In this document: in pieces, positions 18,284-18,625 of the stretch
Position numbering within the stretch: position 1 is the first letter of the stretch
How the letters are laid out: each line of letters opens with the position of its first letter
Source of the DNA: Promethearchaeia archaeon
GTDB taxonomy: Archaea; Asgardarchaeota; Lokiarchaeia; Sigyniarchaeales; SOKP01
Reading direction: 5' to 3'
Assembly (NCBI GenBank): GCA_046497275.1
Contig: JAWOFX010000059.1
Span: forward strand, 1 to 18,625
DNA length: 18,625 nt
Notes under the pieces: model-generated
The model's input: only the letters and a program-made list of their open reading frames with translations
Told to the model about the DNA's origin: nothing
Databases searched by the model: none
Program-made: the position numbers and the translations under genes

Positions 18284-18481
18284 GGTGTTCAGCCACATAG
18301 AATAAGCGTTTCTGGGTTCGGAATGGGACCAGGTACTATCCGATGTTGCTATGACCGTGAGCGAACTCACAGCTTAGTATTTCCCACTGATTTCAACAGA
18401 AGTACTATTACTAACGCAACAAAGTTTAACTTCCAGCGCTTTAGCGTGTAGCTACATCTTATGTGGCTACGAACATACACC
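18284..18481 (-). ncRNA. Predicted precursor of the permuted 5S rRNA with paired 5' leader and 3' trailer
   Basis: Leader GGUGU(18481-18477), UC(18472-18471), AGCCACAUA(18468-18460), AAGCG(18441-18437) pair with trailer ACACC(18288-18284), GA(18290-18289), UAUGUGGCU(18299-18291), CGCUU(18308-18304). Confidence 0.75.
18310..18430 (-). rRNA. 5S rRNA, circularly permuted: 3' segment 18430->18366, UUCG linker 18365->18362, 5' segment 18361->18310
   Basis: Minus strand contains the loop C signature CCUGGUCCCAUUCCGAACCCAG, CACGGUCAUAGC (start of the 5' domain) and, upstream of these, GGAAGUUAAAC...GUUAGUA...AGUACUU...CAGUGGGAAAUAC...GCUGUGAG (the 3' domain). Helix I CUGUGAG/CUCACGG is capped by UUCG; helix II GCAACA/UGUUGC; UUAGUA/UACUAA closes the third arm. 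Reassembled length is 117 nt plus the 4-nt cap. Confidence 0.88.
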
Positions 18482-18501
18482 ATATTCATTTTTTAAGTCT
18501 C

Positions 18502-18520
18502 TCAATTTCTTGGAAATTGA
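18502..18520. repeat. Perfect inverted repeat TCAATTTC-TTG-GAAATTGA
   Basis: 8-bp arms around a 3-nt spacer, about 20 nt upstream (minus sense) of the predicted 5S leader stem. Confidence 0.8.
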
Positions 18521-18625
18521 TAACTTAAAACATTATGGTTTTTTAGGTAAATAATTGTAATAATGTCTAATAATTAAAGTTTACTATGGAAAACCATTAA
18601 ATTTAAAAGGGATAAGTGTTCGGAT

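Noticed and set aside
18310-18361. Interpretation as a truncated 5S pseudogene
   Set aside because: Although the 5' domain alone looks truncated, the missing 3' domain is present immediately upstream. All helices can be completed across the swap, and the flanks are complementary.
1-18625. CRISPR arrays, transposons, tRNA genes or defence-system cassettes
   Set aside because: No regularly spaced repeats, transposase/integrase motifs or T-loop-like GGTTCRAATCC signatures were seen by eye; no tRNAscan or CRISPR tool was run.

Overview
AT-rich archaeal window, most likely from an Asgard archaeon (inferred from Rab/Ras-like GTPases, a longin/roadblock-like protein, Spt5 and aIF1A). Protein genes: a two-TM protein, an MrfA/YprA/Hrq1-type DEAH helicase with C-terminal Cys cluster, a thioredoxin-like protein, a DUF4139-like protein, a Cys-rich coiled-coil microprotein, three tandem acyl-CoA dehydrogenase paralogs, a longin/roadblock-like protein, Spt5 with a long acidic tail, aIF1A, two cupins, two small GTPases flanking an Fcf1-like PIN protein, a VOC protein and a two-TM protein. 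The standout is at the right end, minus strand: a 5S rRNA gene that appears circularly permuted. The 3' portion (18430->18366) lies transcriptionally upstream of the 5' portion (18361->18310). The two are joined by a UUCG tetraloop that caps helix I. The new ends sit at the A-A bulge of helix III. The flanks can pair into a long bulged stem (leader 18481-18433, trailer 18315-18284) with a bulge-helix-bulge-like junction. Symmetric cleavage and ligation there would regenerate a canonical 5S sequence (CCAGAA^GUUAAAC) and yield a predicted 121-nt covalently closed 5S rRNA. All of this was read by eye; no covariance-model, homology or expression analysis was run.
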